Positions 40,975 through 50,666 of a stretch of DNA of 64,000 bases are shown here, piece by piece. A model generated the notes under the pieces. It saw only the letters and a program-made list of their open reading frames with translations. It was not told where the DNA came from and made no database searches. The translations under genes and the position numbers were made by a program. This stretch comes from Chloroflexota bacterium (GTDB lineage Bacteria > Chloroflexota > Dehalococcoidia > Lucifugimonadales > UBA3495). Location: NCBI GenBank assembly GCA_027623675.1, contig JAQBVF010000019.1, positions 1-64,000 on the forward strand, written 5' to 3'. The stretch's first letter is position 1; each line of letters opens with the position of its first letter.

Positions 40975-41937
40975 ATGGTAGTTCTTGGCTCGGGGTCTTA
41001 CAGTTACGATGTAGAAGAGGGTTGGGGCAAGCTCCCCGACGGCTGGTCCTTCAAAGAGTGCGCGGCGGTGGGCGTCGACGCTCAGGACAACGTGTATGTC
41101 TTCAACCGGGGCGAACACCCCATGATCGTCTTCGACAAGGATGGCAATTTCCTCAGGTCGTGGGGCGAAGGGGTTTATCCCCGGGCCCACGGCATCACCA
41201 TGGGACCGGACGACAGCATCTACCTCACCGACGACGGCGACCACACGGTCCGCAAGTGCAACATGGACGGCAGCGTCATCTTCACCCTGGGCATCCCGGG
41301 CAAGCCGTCGGCCTTCATGGGCGGCGACCCCTTCAACCGCTGCACCCACGTGGCCCTGGACCCGCAAACCGGCGAGTTCTACGTGTCCGATGGCTACGGC
41401 AACGCCCGCGTCCACAAGTATTCGCCGGACGGCAAGCTGCTATTCTCGTGGGGCGAGTCGGGCACCGGACCGGGAGAGTTCAACATCGCCCACAACGTCT
41501 GCACCGACAAGGACGGCTGGGTGTATGTGGCCGACCGGGAGAACCAGCGGGTGCAGGTCTTCGACAAGAACGGCAAGTTCGAAACCCAGTGGAAGGACAT
41601 GGCACGGCCCTGCGGCCTGTACATCGACACCAGGGGGGACACCAGCGGCGACCAGAAGGTCTACGTTGGTGAGTTGGGCGTGGCCATCGGCCCCAACAGC
41701 CAGGCGTCGGGTCTTGGCCCCAGGATCGGCATCATGGACCTGGAGGGCAACTACCTGGCCAAGCTTGGCGACGTTCCGGAAAGCGAAGAGCCCGGCAGCT
41801 TCATCGCCCCCCACGGAGTGACCATTAACTCCAGGGGCGACATCTTCGTGGGCGAGGTCTCCTGGACCCACACCGGAAGCCGACTCTCCCCGCCTCGCGA
41901 GGTGCGCTCCCTGCAGAAGCTGACCAAGAAGGGGTAA
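40975..41937 (+). CDS. NHL-repeat protein (peptidylglycine alpha-amidating lyase-like)
   Basis: YVSDGYGNARVHKY, YVADRENQRVQVFD repeats. Confidence 0.88.
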   Translation: MVVLGSGSYSYDVEEGWGKLPDGWSFKECAAVGVDAQDNVYVFNRGEHPMIVFDKDGNFLRSWGEGVYPRAHGITMGPDDSIYLTDDGDHTVRKCNMDGSVIFTLGIPGKPSAFMGGDPFNRCTHVALDPQTGEFYVSDGYGNARVHKYSPDGKLLFSWGESGTGPGEFNIAHNVCTDKDGWVYVADRENQRVQVFDKNGKFETQWKDMARPCGLYIDTRGDTSGDQKVYVGELGVAIGPNSQASGLGPRIGIMDLEGNYLAKLGDVPESEEPGSFIAPHGVTINSRGDIFVGEVSWTHTGSRLSPPREVRSLQKLTKKG

Positions 41938-41966
41938 ATTGGGGCGCTGAGTAACAGTGTTCCTAC

Positions 41967-42205
41967 TCTAACCCTCTCCTTTGGCCGGGGGAGAGAATAT
42001 GTCCTTTCCTCCGTGCCCGGGGCTTGCCTCAAAACTGTCATTCTGACGAGTGAAGCGAGGAAGAATCTTCCAATTTTCACCTTGGCAGACCCTTCGCCCT
42101 TCTCCGGAAGGACTCAGGGTGACACCCGAGTGGTGCTGCTTAAACCTAAAACATTGTTGGACCAGCACTTTTGAGGCAACTCCCTCACATGGGGAGAGTT
42201 AGGGT
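41967..42205. repeat. nested palindromic repeat cluster / MITE-like element
   Basis: TTGCCTCAAAA (42024-42034) and TTTTGAGGCAA (42169-42179) enclose an inverted family B pair. Confidence 0.6.
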
Positions 42206-42309
42206 GAACGCCATAGTTCTCATTCAGCCAAACTTAACCCCGAAACAGCGCCGGTCGGCAAGCAGATGCCCATTCCCACCACCCCACCCAACACGGAGCA
42301 GACAGCCAC

Positions 42310-42999
42310 ATGGAGATAAGACTCGGCAGCTTGGTGCGTGACGCCCAGGAGGCCCAGGGAACGGCCATCATCATCGACGTTTTCCGGGCGTTTACCACGG
42401 CGGCCATCGCCTTCGACCACGGAGCCAAAGAGATCACCCTGGTGGCCGAACCGGAGGAGGCCCTGGAACTCCACCGCCGGGGCATCGGCGACTACCTGAT
42501 GGGCGAGGTCGCCGGCAAACGCCCCGAGGGTTTCGACTTTGGCAACTCGCCACATGAGATATCCCAAGCCGACGTGGCCGGCAAGACCCTGGTCCAGTCC
42601 ACCAGGGCCGGCACGGTGGGGGTGGCGGCGGCGAAGAACGCGGCGGAGATATACCTGGGGTCGTTCGTGGTCGCCCAGGCCACCGTGGACGCCATCAGAA
42701 GTGACGCGCCGGACCTGGTTTCCATCATCGCCATGGGCGACCAGGGGGTGGTCCGCTCCGACGAGGACGAGCACTGCGGGATCTACCTGCGGAACCTGAT
42801 GGAGGGGCGAAAGCCGGACTTCGAGGCGGTGAAGACGCTGATCCTGAAGGGCGGCGCAACCCAGAAATTCTTCGACCCCACCCAGCCCCAATACCACCCC
42901 GAGGACGTGACCCTGGCTTTGGAGGCAGACCGCTACCCCTTCGCCATGAAGATCAGCCGGGAAGACGGACTGCTCGTTGCCCGGAAAGTCGGGGGTTAG
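42310..42999 (+). CDS. 2-phosphosulfolactate phosphatase family (ComB-like)
   Basis: IIDVFRAFTT, GFDFGNSP, STRAGT, EDEHCG. Confidence 0.88.
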   Translation: MEIRLGSLVRDAQEAQGTAIIIDVFRAFTTAAIAFDHGAKEITLVAEPEEALELHRRGIGDYLMGEVAGKRPEGFDFGNSPHEISQADVAGKTLVQSTRAGTVGVAAAKNAAEIYLGSFVVAQATVDAIRSDAPDLVSIIAMGDQGVVRSDEDEHCGIYLRNLMEGRKPDFEAVKTLILKGGATQKFFDPTQPQYHPEDVTLALEADRYPFAMKISREDGLLVARKVGG

Positions 43000-43000
43000 C

Positions 43001-44116
43001 CTAGAATCGGTCCAAGAGCAGATGCTCTGCCCCCGAGACGTCTGTTTTGCCGTCGGAGACCAGGTCAAACACGATGTGGGCCATCCCGGTGCTCCAGAGG
43101 ATGCCCTTGCGGCCCGCCCCGGTGGCGACGTATAGGTTGTCCCACCCGGTAACCTTGTCCACTATCGGCAGACCGTCGCCGGACAGAGGGCGCAAGCAGG
43201 CCGTCTGCTGTACCAGTTCGGCCTCGTACATGCCGGGAATCATCTTTAGCAAATCGCCCATGATACTGTCTCTGGCGGCGATCGTAACCGTCTCTTCAAA
43301 CCCGGATTCTTCCTCGGTGGTGCCGGCCCAGATCAGCCCGTCCGGCTTGGTGGCCACGTAACTGTGGCTGTAGTTAACGGCCAGGTTCAGAGGCTGTTTC
43401 CCGGACCTTAGCCGCAGTATCTGTCCCTTGAGCGGCGTCACGGGTATGTCCACGCCGCACCAGGCCCCGGCTTGCCCGGTCCAGGGGCCCATTGCCAGGA
43501 TCACCACGCCGGCGTCGACGCGCCCGTTCTCCAACTGGACTCCGGTGCACCGGCCACCTTCGGTAATCAGACCGGTGGCTTGGCGCTGAATCACCTCCGC
43601 GCCGTGCCGCTCGGCGGCGCGCATGGCGGCCAGCACGAACCGGTACGGCTCAAGCGCGCCCGGACTCTGCTCGTAGAGCGCGCCCAAACATTCGGGGCTA
43701 ACCTGCGGCTCCAAGCGGCGGGCTTGGGCATTGTCCACCCACTCGACGTGGAACCCGCCCACGGCCTTCATCCATTCGATGTTATTCTTGATCGCCGCGG
43801 CCTCGCCGTCTTCGAACGCCAGGTGCAGCCGGTCACGCAGCTCGAAGCCCACGTCAACGCCGGTCTGCTCTTGGAGTTCCCTGGCCAGGCTCCGGTGGCG
43901 GCCGTAGCACCACAGGCTGAACTCCAACAGCGGCTCGGGCATGCCGACGCCGGTCAACGGGTCCAAGCCTCCGAAGGCAAAGCCGGAGGCATGGCTGCCC
44001 ACCGAGTCCTTCTCCAAGATCGTTACCTTGAAGCCGCGGCGGCCCAGTAGATAGGCGCTGAGGCAGGCTACGATTCCGCCGCCGATGATCACGACGTCGC
44101 GCGAATTGCTGGTCAA
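43001..44116 (-). CDS. FAD-dependent oxidoreductase (glycine oxidase/DAO family)
   Basis: IIGGGIV, PLKGQIL, CLRP, TGAGRKGILW. Confidence 0.88.
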   Translation of the reverse strand: MTSNSRDVVIIGGGIVACLSAYLLGRRGFKVTILEKDSVGSHASGFAFGGLDPLTGVGMPEPLLEFSLWCYGRHRSLARELQEQTGVDVGFELRDRLHLAFEDGEAAAIKNNIEWMKAVGGFHVEWVDNAQARRLEPQVSPECLGALYEQSPGALEPYRFVLAAMRAAERHGAEVIQRQATGLITEGGRCTGVQLENGRVDAGVVILAMGPWTGQAGAWCGVDIPVTPLKGQILRLRSGKQPLNLAVNYSHSYVATKPDGLIWAGTTEEESGFEETVTIAARDSIMGDLLKMIPGMYEAELVQQTACLRPLSGDGLPIVDKVTGWDNLYVATGAGRKGILWSTGMAHIVFDLVSDGKTDVSGAEHLLLDRF

Positions 44117-44221
44117 ACTATCCTCTCTTGTCTTGCTTCCCGCCGGCCCTCTTTTCCACGGTCTGGTTGGAAGGGCCGATAGGGACTTTTATATCAGTTT
44201 CAGAGCTTACCACAGGCCTGA

Positions 44222-45064
44222 TCATAGACCCTTGAACCAGACCTCGAACCGGTCCAGATGGGCGTTGTCGCCGCGTACCGTCAGCCTGCCGGCGTTGATG
44301 CCGTCTGCCGCACTCAGGCGTCCGTAGGTGAACAGCAGGTAGTCCTGTTTCGACGCTACTAATGTCAGGTCGGCCCCGGATGCATCTCCGTCATCCACGT
44401 GGAAATCGTCCCCGGTTACGGTCATGTGACTGCGCCCAGATTCCACGACGAATTTGTAGACCACCGGCTTGGATAATGGCGCCGACGGCCGGAAACACAT
44501 CCTCAGCCACCGTGGCGTCATGTCCAGCAGCACCGGGACGCAATCGGCGTCGATCTTGGCATCGTTTTCGAATGCGGAGCGGATGTCCCAATCGTGGATG
44601 CCCAATTCCTGGATGCGCAGCTCCACGTAGGCCGCCGCCGTCATGGCCCCCCGGCGCGCGTGCCAGCACAGGGTGTCCCAAGAGCCGTCGGCAAAGGAGT
44701 CAAACTGGCTGTGGAGCGCTTCGTAGCTGGCGTCGAAAGACTCGAGGAATCTTCCGGCCAACTGGTTGCGGCGGTTGATGTCGCGTTGCGCGTTGGCTGC
44801 GGACAGCGCCGCTGGTCCCGCAGGCACGAACCCGGCCGGCGGGTTGGAGTCGCCGCCCCGGCCGCGCTCCATGCTCTCGGCCTGCCGTTCGGCGCCGCCG
44901 ATCAGGTGGGCCACCACATCTCGGACCTGCCATTCGGCGCAGGCGCTGGGCAACTCCCACTGCGGTGGCGTCAACTCGCCCAGATACCCTCTTATGTTCG
45001 TGGCCAGTTGCTTGGCCACCGCCACACGCCGTTCGATCTCCGTTAGGCCGCTGGGCTTGGTCAT
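44222..45064 (-). CDS. maleylpyruvate isomerase N-terminal (DinB superfamily) protein
   Basis: PSACAEWQVRDVVAHL, ELGIHDWDIR, SCP2-like C-terminus. Confidence 0.85.
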   Translation of the reverse strand: MTKPSGLTEIERRVAVAKQLATNIRGYLGELTPPQWELPSACAEWQVRDVVAHLIGGAERQAESMERGRGGDSNPPAGFVPAGPAALSAANAQRDINRRNQLAGRFLESFDASYEALHSQFDSFADGSWDTLCWHARRGAMTAAAYVELRIQELGIHDWDIRSAFENDAKIDADCVPVLLDMTPRWLRMCFRPSAPLSKPVVYKFVVESGRSHMTVTGDDFHVDDGDASGADLTLVASKQDYLLFTYGRLSAADGINAGRLTVRGDNAHLDRFEVWFKGL

Positions 45065-45198
45065 GTCACCTGCTCCCCTCATGGCCGATGGCCGGTGGCG
45101 TCGATACCGGCGTTCTTGTACAATCACGCCATAATTCACACTAGAAATCTCGCCAGAAATCACCGCAGCAATCGCCGTCCCAAAAGGATCTTTCAGCC

Positions 45199-46425
45199 AT
45201 GAAATTGTGCTTCTTTCACCTGATGCCCTACCAGGACCTGCCCGATAGCTTCGAGAAAGATTATCACAGCGTGTGGGTGGACGCACCCAACTCCCTTTTC
45301 AATCCCGAAAAGGCCCACCACATGTACAACGATTTCCTGGACGAGTTGGAGTACGCCGAGGCCATGGGCTTCGACGCCATCTGTGTAAACGAGCACCACG
45401 GCAATGCCTACGGAATGATGCCCTCTCCCAACCTGATGGCCTCGGCCATGGTCCGGGCGACGTCCCGGGCCGCCGTGGTGGTGCTGGGCAACAGCTTGGC
45501 CCTCTACAACCCGCCCATCAGGGTCGCCGAAGAGATGGCCATGCTGGACGTGATGAGCGGCGGACGGCTGATCGCGGGGTTCCCCCTGGGCACCGCCATG
45601 GACACCATCTTCGGCTACGGCCAGGTGCCCGTGACCCTGCGGGAGAAGTACCAAGAGGCCCACGACCTGGTGATGAAAGCTTGGAAGGAGCGGGAACCAT
45701 TCTCGTGGAACGGCAAATACAGCCAGCTCCGTTACGTAAACATCTGGCCCCGCCCCTACCAGCAGCCCCATCCGCCCATCTGGGTGCCGGGCAGCGGCAG
45801 CCTGGAGACCTGGGACTGGACCATCAAGAACGACTACGTGTACTGCTATCTCAGCTATTCCGGATACAAGGTGGGCAAGACCATCTTGGACGGGTTCTGG
45901 GATGAGATGGAGCGGCAGGGAAAAGAGTTCAATCCCTACCACGCCGGGTTCCTCCAATTGGTCGCGGTGTCTGAGACCGACGAACAGGCCGAAGAGTACA
46001 AGGATTCCATCGAGTATTTCTTCAAGAAGAGCCTGCACATACCCGCCGGATTCGGCAACCCGCCCGGCTACCGCTCGGTCAGGACCAACGCCTCCCAGGC
46101 CGGTGCCACAACCACGGATTCCAGGACCAAGCAGCTCAGCGACTTCACCTGGACCGACTACCTGGAGGCCGGAAACGTTATCGTTGGCAGTCCGGAGACG
46201 GTGCGCCAGGAGTTGACCCACGCCATCAAGGAATTACGTGTCGGCAACCTGATGCTGCTCCTCCAGTTCGGCGACATGCCGAAAGAGCTGGCCATGAAGA
46301 ACACTACCCTGTTCGCCAACGAGGTCATGCCTCACTTGAGGGACATCTGGTCGAAATACGAGACCCGCTGGTGGCCCAAGAAGCTGAGCGGCGTCCAGAC
46401 TGGCGGGCAGAGCGCGGGCCGGTAG
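45199..46425 (+). CDS. LLM class flavin-dependent oxidoreductase
   Basis: [25 protein letters not shown]. Confidence 0.93.
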   Translation: MKLCFFHLMPYQDLPDSFEKDYHSVWVDAPNSLFNPEKAHHMYNDFLDELEYAEAMGFDAICVNEHHGNAYGMMPSPNLMASAMVRATSRAAVVVLGNSLALYNPPIRVAEEMAMLDVMSGGRLIAGFPLGTAMDTIFGYGQVPVTLREKYQEAHDLVMKAWKEREPFSWNGKYSQLRYVNIWPRPYQQPHPPIWVPGSGSLETWDWTIKNDYVYCYLSYSGYKVGKTILDGFWDEMERQGKEFNPYHAGFLQLVAVSETDEQAEEYKDSIEYFFKKSLHIPAGFGNPPGYRSVRTNASQAGATTTDSRTKQLSDFTWTDYLEAGNVIVGSPETVRQELTHAIKELRVGNLMLLLQFGDMPKELAMKNTTLFANEVMPHLRDIWSKYETRWWPKKLSGVQTGGQSAGR

Positions 46426-46441
46426 TGAGAGCGGGCCAATC

Positions 46442-47323
46442 ATGACTGCAGAAGCCATCTCCGCCCACGACCCCTATTCCCGGCAGCGTGTTGCCGCCGG
46501 CGGCGTCGAGATGGCCTACGTGGACGTGGGAGACGGCAGCCCGGTGGTGTTCCTACACGGCAACCCCACGTCGTCCTACCTGTGGCGCAACATCATCCCC
46601 CAACTTGAGTCCGTGGGCCGCTGCCTGGCCCCGGACCTCGCAGGCATGGGCGAGTCGGGAAGCACACCCAACGGCGCCTACCGGTTCACCGACCACAGCT
46701 CATGCCTCGATCAATGGTTCGAGGCGATGGGCCTGACCAGCGATGTTACCTTGGTGCTGCACGACTGGGGTTCGGCCCTGGGGTTCCACTGGGCCAAGCG
46801 CCATCAACAGCGGGTGAAGGGCCTGGTTTACATGGAGGCCATCGTCCGGCCGGTGACCTGGGAGGAATGGCCGGACGCCGCCCGTCAGGTGTTCCAGGGA
46901 TTCCGCTCTCCTGCAGGCGAGGAAATGGCGCTGGAGAAGAATGTCTTCGTGGAACGGGTCTTGCCGGGCAGCGTGCTCCGGGGCCTGACCGAGGCCGAGA
47001 TGGAGGTCTACCGCCGTCCCTATCTCCAACCGGGGGAGTCGCGGAGACCCACCCTGACCTGGCCCAGGGAGATTCCCATCGAGGGCCAACCGGCCGACGT
47101 TACCCAGGTCGTGGCCGAGTACGCCGAGTGGCTGGCCGGCAGCCAGGTGCCCAAGCTGTTCGTCAACGCCGAGCCGGGAGCCATATTGACCGGACCGCAG
47201 CGGGAGTTCTGCCGCTCGTGGCCCAACCAGAGAGAGGTCACGGTCAAAGGGAGCCATTTCATACAGGAAGACTCACCGGTGGAGATCGGCCAAGCCATTG
47301 CCCAGTGGTATGGGACGCTCTAG
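46442..47323 (+). CDS. haloalkane dehalogenase
   Basis: [39 protein letters not shown]. Confidence 0.92.
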   Translation: MTAEAISAHDPYSRQRVAAGGVEMAYVDVGDGSPVVFLHGNPTSSYLWRNIIPQLESVGRCLAPDLAGMGESGSTPNGAYRFTDHSSCLDQWFEAMGLTSDVTLVLHDWGSALGFHWAKRHQQRVKGLVYMEAIVRPVTWEEWPDAARQVFQGFRSPAGEEMALEKNVFVERVLPGSVLRGLTEAEMEVYRRPYLQPGESRRPTLTWPREIPIEGQPADVTQVVAEYAEWLAGSQVPKLFVNAEPGAILTGPQREFCRSWPNQREVTVKGSHFIQEDSPVEIGQAIAQWYGTL

Positions 47324-47584
47324 TGGCCGGCCGTAAGGGAGTCCGTTATGGCAGAATTGCAAAGCCTTGGCCCGCCCCTCGTCCAGAATCTGTCGAAGGA
47401 ACTGGCCCAGGAGAGCTTGGTCCGTCGACGTCTGCCACGAACGGGTGGCAAGTCCAGGCCCTTAACCATTCAACCGATCACCCAGAGCTTGTCAAAAAGC
47501 CTGTTCAAGCCGGTCTGATGGCCTGGACGCGAAACAACCTTGGCTTACCTATAGCGGTGGTTCGACGGGCTTGTATTATAGCGG

Positions 47585-47745
47585 CGAGAGAGGGGCGTAG
47601 AGACCGGCGACGGGCAAGGGCGAAAGAGCCCGGTGTTGAGATAGGGTCCCCCCTCCGTACCTGCAGAGTGCGAACAGCATCCTGGGCCAAAGAGCCCGCA
47701 TCAGCAAGGTTGCAGCGCAGGCAACGGAAGGACCGCCCCAGGGAT
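47585..47745 (+). ncRNA. putative bridge RNA (target- and donor-binding loops); ends approximate
   Basis: CGACGGGC (47608-47615) and TGTTGAG (47634-47640) match the target; ACAGCATC (47674-47681) and CAAG (47705-47708) match the donor; each pair flanks a GGGC-n6-GCCC hairpin. Confidence 0.85.
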
Positions 47746-47756
47746 AGTGAGGAGGA

Positions 47757-48749
47757 GTGATGCACCAATACATCGGAGTGGACGTGGCCTCTGGGACTCT
47801 GGAAGTGGCGGCGGCCCGTCAGAAAAAGACCAAGCGGTTCCCCAACACCCCAGGGGGTATCAGCGATCTTAGACTTTGGCTAGACCGGTTCGGCAGCTTG
47901 ACTGGCCTGCACCTGGTGGTGGAGCCCACCAGCACCTACCACCATCACTTGGTGGAATCCATGGCCCAGTGGGGTGTCCCTTACACCCTGATTAACCCAG
48001 CCAATACGGCGGCCTTCGCCAGGGTCCAGGGGCTGAGGGCCAAGACCGACCCGGTGGATGCCCGCCTTCTGGCGGCCTACGGTGAGAGTCAACAACCGGC
48101 CCCCAGTCCGCACCCTGAGCAAGACCAAGAAAGCCTCAAGTCATTGCGCCGGCACCGGGAGTGGTTGGAGAAAGAGCGCCGGGCGGCTGGCAACCGCTTG
48201 GAAACGGCGGCGCGCTCCCCATGGACGTCACCTTCTGTGTTGGAGAGTCTGAAACGGACCATGGAGGGCCTGGATGAGGAACTGGGGCGTATCGCCGCGG
48301 AGGAGGAACGCGAGTTGACGGAGAAACCCGGCTGGTCCCAGGAGGTTAGTTGGCTCGGCACCATCCCTGGCATCGGCAAGAAGACGGCCATGATGATAGT
48401 CAGCGAACTGCCGCCGGTGTCCCGGTGTACCCGGTCCAAGTAGTGGGTGGCGTTTTGCGGGGTGAACCCGGAGCCCAGGGAATCGGGGAAAGCCCAATGG
48501 AGCAGGTTGTCGCGGAAGGGGTCGGCCCGCATCCGGGCGGTACTCTACATGGCGGCGGTGAGTTCGCTCAGGTGCAACCCAGAAACCATGGCGCTGTCGG
48601 CCAGGTTGAAGGAGAAGGGCAAGCCTGGCAAGGTGAGGATCTTGGCGGTGATGAACAAGCTGCTGCGGATCTGCTTTGGGGTGCTAAAGCACCAGCGGCC
48701 CTACGACCCTAGCTGGGGCCGGGCTTTGACCCCAGAATCAACTGCTTGA
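47757..48749 (+). pseudogene. IS110 recombinase (DEDD RuvC plus Tnp domain) with in-frame TAG at 48441-48443
   Basis: IGVDVA, VVEPTSTY, KTDPVDA, IPGIG; after the TAG, WVAFCGVNPEPRESG...LYMAA...MNKLLR. Confidence 0.9.
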
Positions 48750-48835
48750 CATCTATTACAGCATCTCACCACGAGCGGATGAAATGCGTCACAACAACGC
48801 CAAGTCAAGATAGACTAGATAGATAAATCCGCCTG

Positions 48836-48903
48836 CGCTCATGGTGAGCTTGTCGAACCACCGTTGCGCCGCTGAGGTCCTTCGACAGGCTCAGGATGAG
48901 CGG
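48836..48903. repeat. inverted pair of REP-like family A
   Basis: CGCTCATGGTGAGCTTGTCGAACCAC ... GTCCTTCGACAGGCTCAGGATGAGCGG. Confidence 0.85.
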
Positions 48904-48975
48904 CGGCGCTGACGCTGAACAACGCCAAGCGTAATCGCTGAAAGCTAAAGACTGACAGCTCGTAACGGAGAACAC

Positions 48976-49761
48976 ATGCCGGAGACCATGAACATATCCC
49001 TGAGGGGCGGCGATATCGAGGCCGTGGTGCTGAAAGACGGCAGCGGTCCGCCCCTGCTGTACCTCCACGGGGCCGTGGGGCAGAAGGGCTGGGCGCCGTT
49101 CTTGGGCGCCCTGGCCAAACAGTTCACGGTCTATGCGCCCTACCTTCCCGGCTATGGGAAGTCCAACGGCCTGGACAAACTGGACGATGTGACCGACCTG
49201 ACTCTCCACCATTTCGAGCTTCTGGACGCCCTGGGCGTTGCCAAGGCCCATGTGGTGGGGCATTTCCTCGGCGGGATGATCGCCGCCGAGATGGCCGCGC
49301 TGTCGCCCAGTTATGTCGACCGGCTGGTGCTGGCCGCGCCCGCCGGCACCTGGCGCGACTCGGAGCCGGTGGCCGACCTTTTGTCCATGACCGCCAACCA
49401 ACTGCAAGACAACCTATGGTCGTCGGCCTCCAGCTCCATGAGCCTGTCTCCCGCCGATTTCGAGGCCAACTCCCGCTTGAAGGCTGAGTTGGCCGCCGAC
49501 CGGATGCAGGACCTGACCGCCGCCGGGAAGTTCCTCTGGCCCATACCCGACCGGGGGCTGAAACGGCGGGCCTACCGCATCAAAGCGCCGACGCTGGTGC
49601 TGTGGGGCGAGAACGACCGCATCATTCCCCCGGTCTACGCCGAGGACTTCACCCGGCTGATCTCCGGCGCCCAGGTGTCGGTCATCCCCAATGCCGGGCA
49701 TCTGCTGATGATCGAACGGGCCGAGGTATTCGCCGCCTCCGTGGCGGATTTCCTGAGCTAA
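48976..49761 (+). CDS. alpha/beta hydrolase with atypical nucleophile elbow
   Basis: LYLHG, VVGHFLGG (F where S is usual), WGENDRII, AGHL. Confidence 0.85.
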   Translation: MPETMNISLRGGDIEAVVLKDGSGPPLLYLHGAVGQKGWAPFLGALAKQFTVYAPYLPGYGKSNGLDKLDDVTDLTLHHFELLDALGVAKAHVVGHFLGGMIAAEMAALSPSYVDRLVLAAPAGTWRDSEPVADLLSMTANQLQDNLWSSASSSMSLSPADFEANSRLKAELAADRMQDLTAAGKFLWPIPDRGLKRRAYRIKAPTLVLWGENDRIIPPVYAEDFTRLISGAQVSVIPNAGHLLMIERAEVFAASVADFLS

Positions 49762-49817
49762 CAGGGCCAGAACACGAAACAAAAAAACGCGGGCTTTCGG
49801 GCTTTACAGAGGTATTG

Positions 49818-50666
49818 ATGGCACTCCAACCCCATGACCAACTATCGGCGCTGGAAAACCTGCTCCAGGAGATGGGCTCGGTGGTAACCGCATTCTCCGG
49901 CGGAGTGGATAGCACCTTGGTCGCCGTGGCAGCCCACCGCGTTCTGGGGCCCAAGGCCCTGGCGGTTACCGCTGTGTCCCCGGCCCTGGCCCGGCGCGAA
50001 CTCGACGAGGCTGTCGGCCTGGCCAAACGGTTCGGGTTGGCCCACCGGACCATCAGCACCAACGAGATGGACCGGGAAGGTTACGTGGCCAATTCTCCGA
50101 AGCGGTGCTACTTCTGCAAGACCGAGCTTTATGGTCAACTCGCCAGCCTGGCCGGCGCCGAAGACTACGCCTGGGTGGCCAACGGCGCCAACACCGACGA
50201 CCAAGGCGACTACCGGCCCGGGATGGTGGCCGCGGCGGAGAACCGGGTGCGCAGTCCCATGGTGGAGGCCGGCCTGACCAAGGCCGATGTGCGCGCCATC
50301 GCCAAGATACTGGACATACCCATCTGGGACAAACCGGCCCAGCCCTGCCTTTCGTCGCGCATCCCCTACGGAACGCCGGTTACCATCGAGAACCTGTCGA
50401 AGATTGAGCAGGCGGAGGACTACCTGCGGGGCCAGGGATTCAAAGAGGTGCGCGCCAGGCACCACGACCGCCTCTGCCGCATCGAGTTGGCCGAGGACGA
50501 GATGGAACTGGCATTTCAACTACGGCACGAGATTGTCGCCTCCCTCAAAAAGATCGGTTACCTTTGGGTCTCGATGGACCTGGCCGGACTGCGTTCGGGC
50601 AGCCTGAACGACCAGTTGAATCTCCGGCCCCAAACAACAGGGACCGGGCAGAACGCTAAAACATGA
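49818..50666 (+). CDS. larE: ATP-dependent sacrificial sulfur transferase
   Basis: AFSGGVDS, RCYFCK, DYRPG, PCLSSRIPYG, RSGSLN. Confidence 0.92.
   Translation: MALQPHDQLSALENLLQEMGSVVTAFSGGVDSTLVAVAAHRVLGPKALAVTAVSPALARRELDEAVGLAKRFGLAHRTISTNEMDREGYVANSPKRCYFCKTELYGQLASLAGAEDYAWVANGANTDDQGDYRPGMVAAAENRVRSPMVEAGLTKADVRAIAKILDIPIWDKPAQPCLSSRIPYGTPVTIENLSKIEQAEDYLRGQGFKEVRARHHDRLCRIELAEDEMELAFQLRHEIVASLKKIGYLWVSMDLAGLRSGSLNDQLNLRPQTTGTGQNAKT

Larger units (their letters stand above)
47572..48766 (+). mobile_element. IS110-family (IS621-like) insertion sequence inserted in a REP-like repeat
   Basis: CT core at 47570-47571 and 48765-48766; the flanks rejoin to GTGGTTCGACGGG-CT-CACCACGAGCGG. Confidence 0.92.

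Noticed and set aside
12864..48443. Amber recoding or pyrrolysine to explain the two in-frame TAGs
   Set aside because: Many intact genes end in TAG at normal positions (e.g. 6016-6018, 39676-39678), no pyl genes are seen, and each TAG is one change from a plausible Trp or Gln codon.
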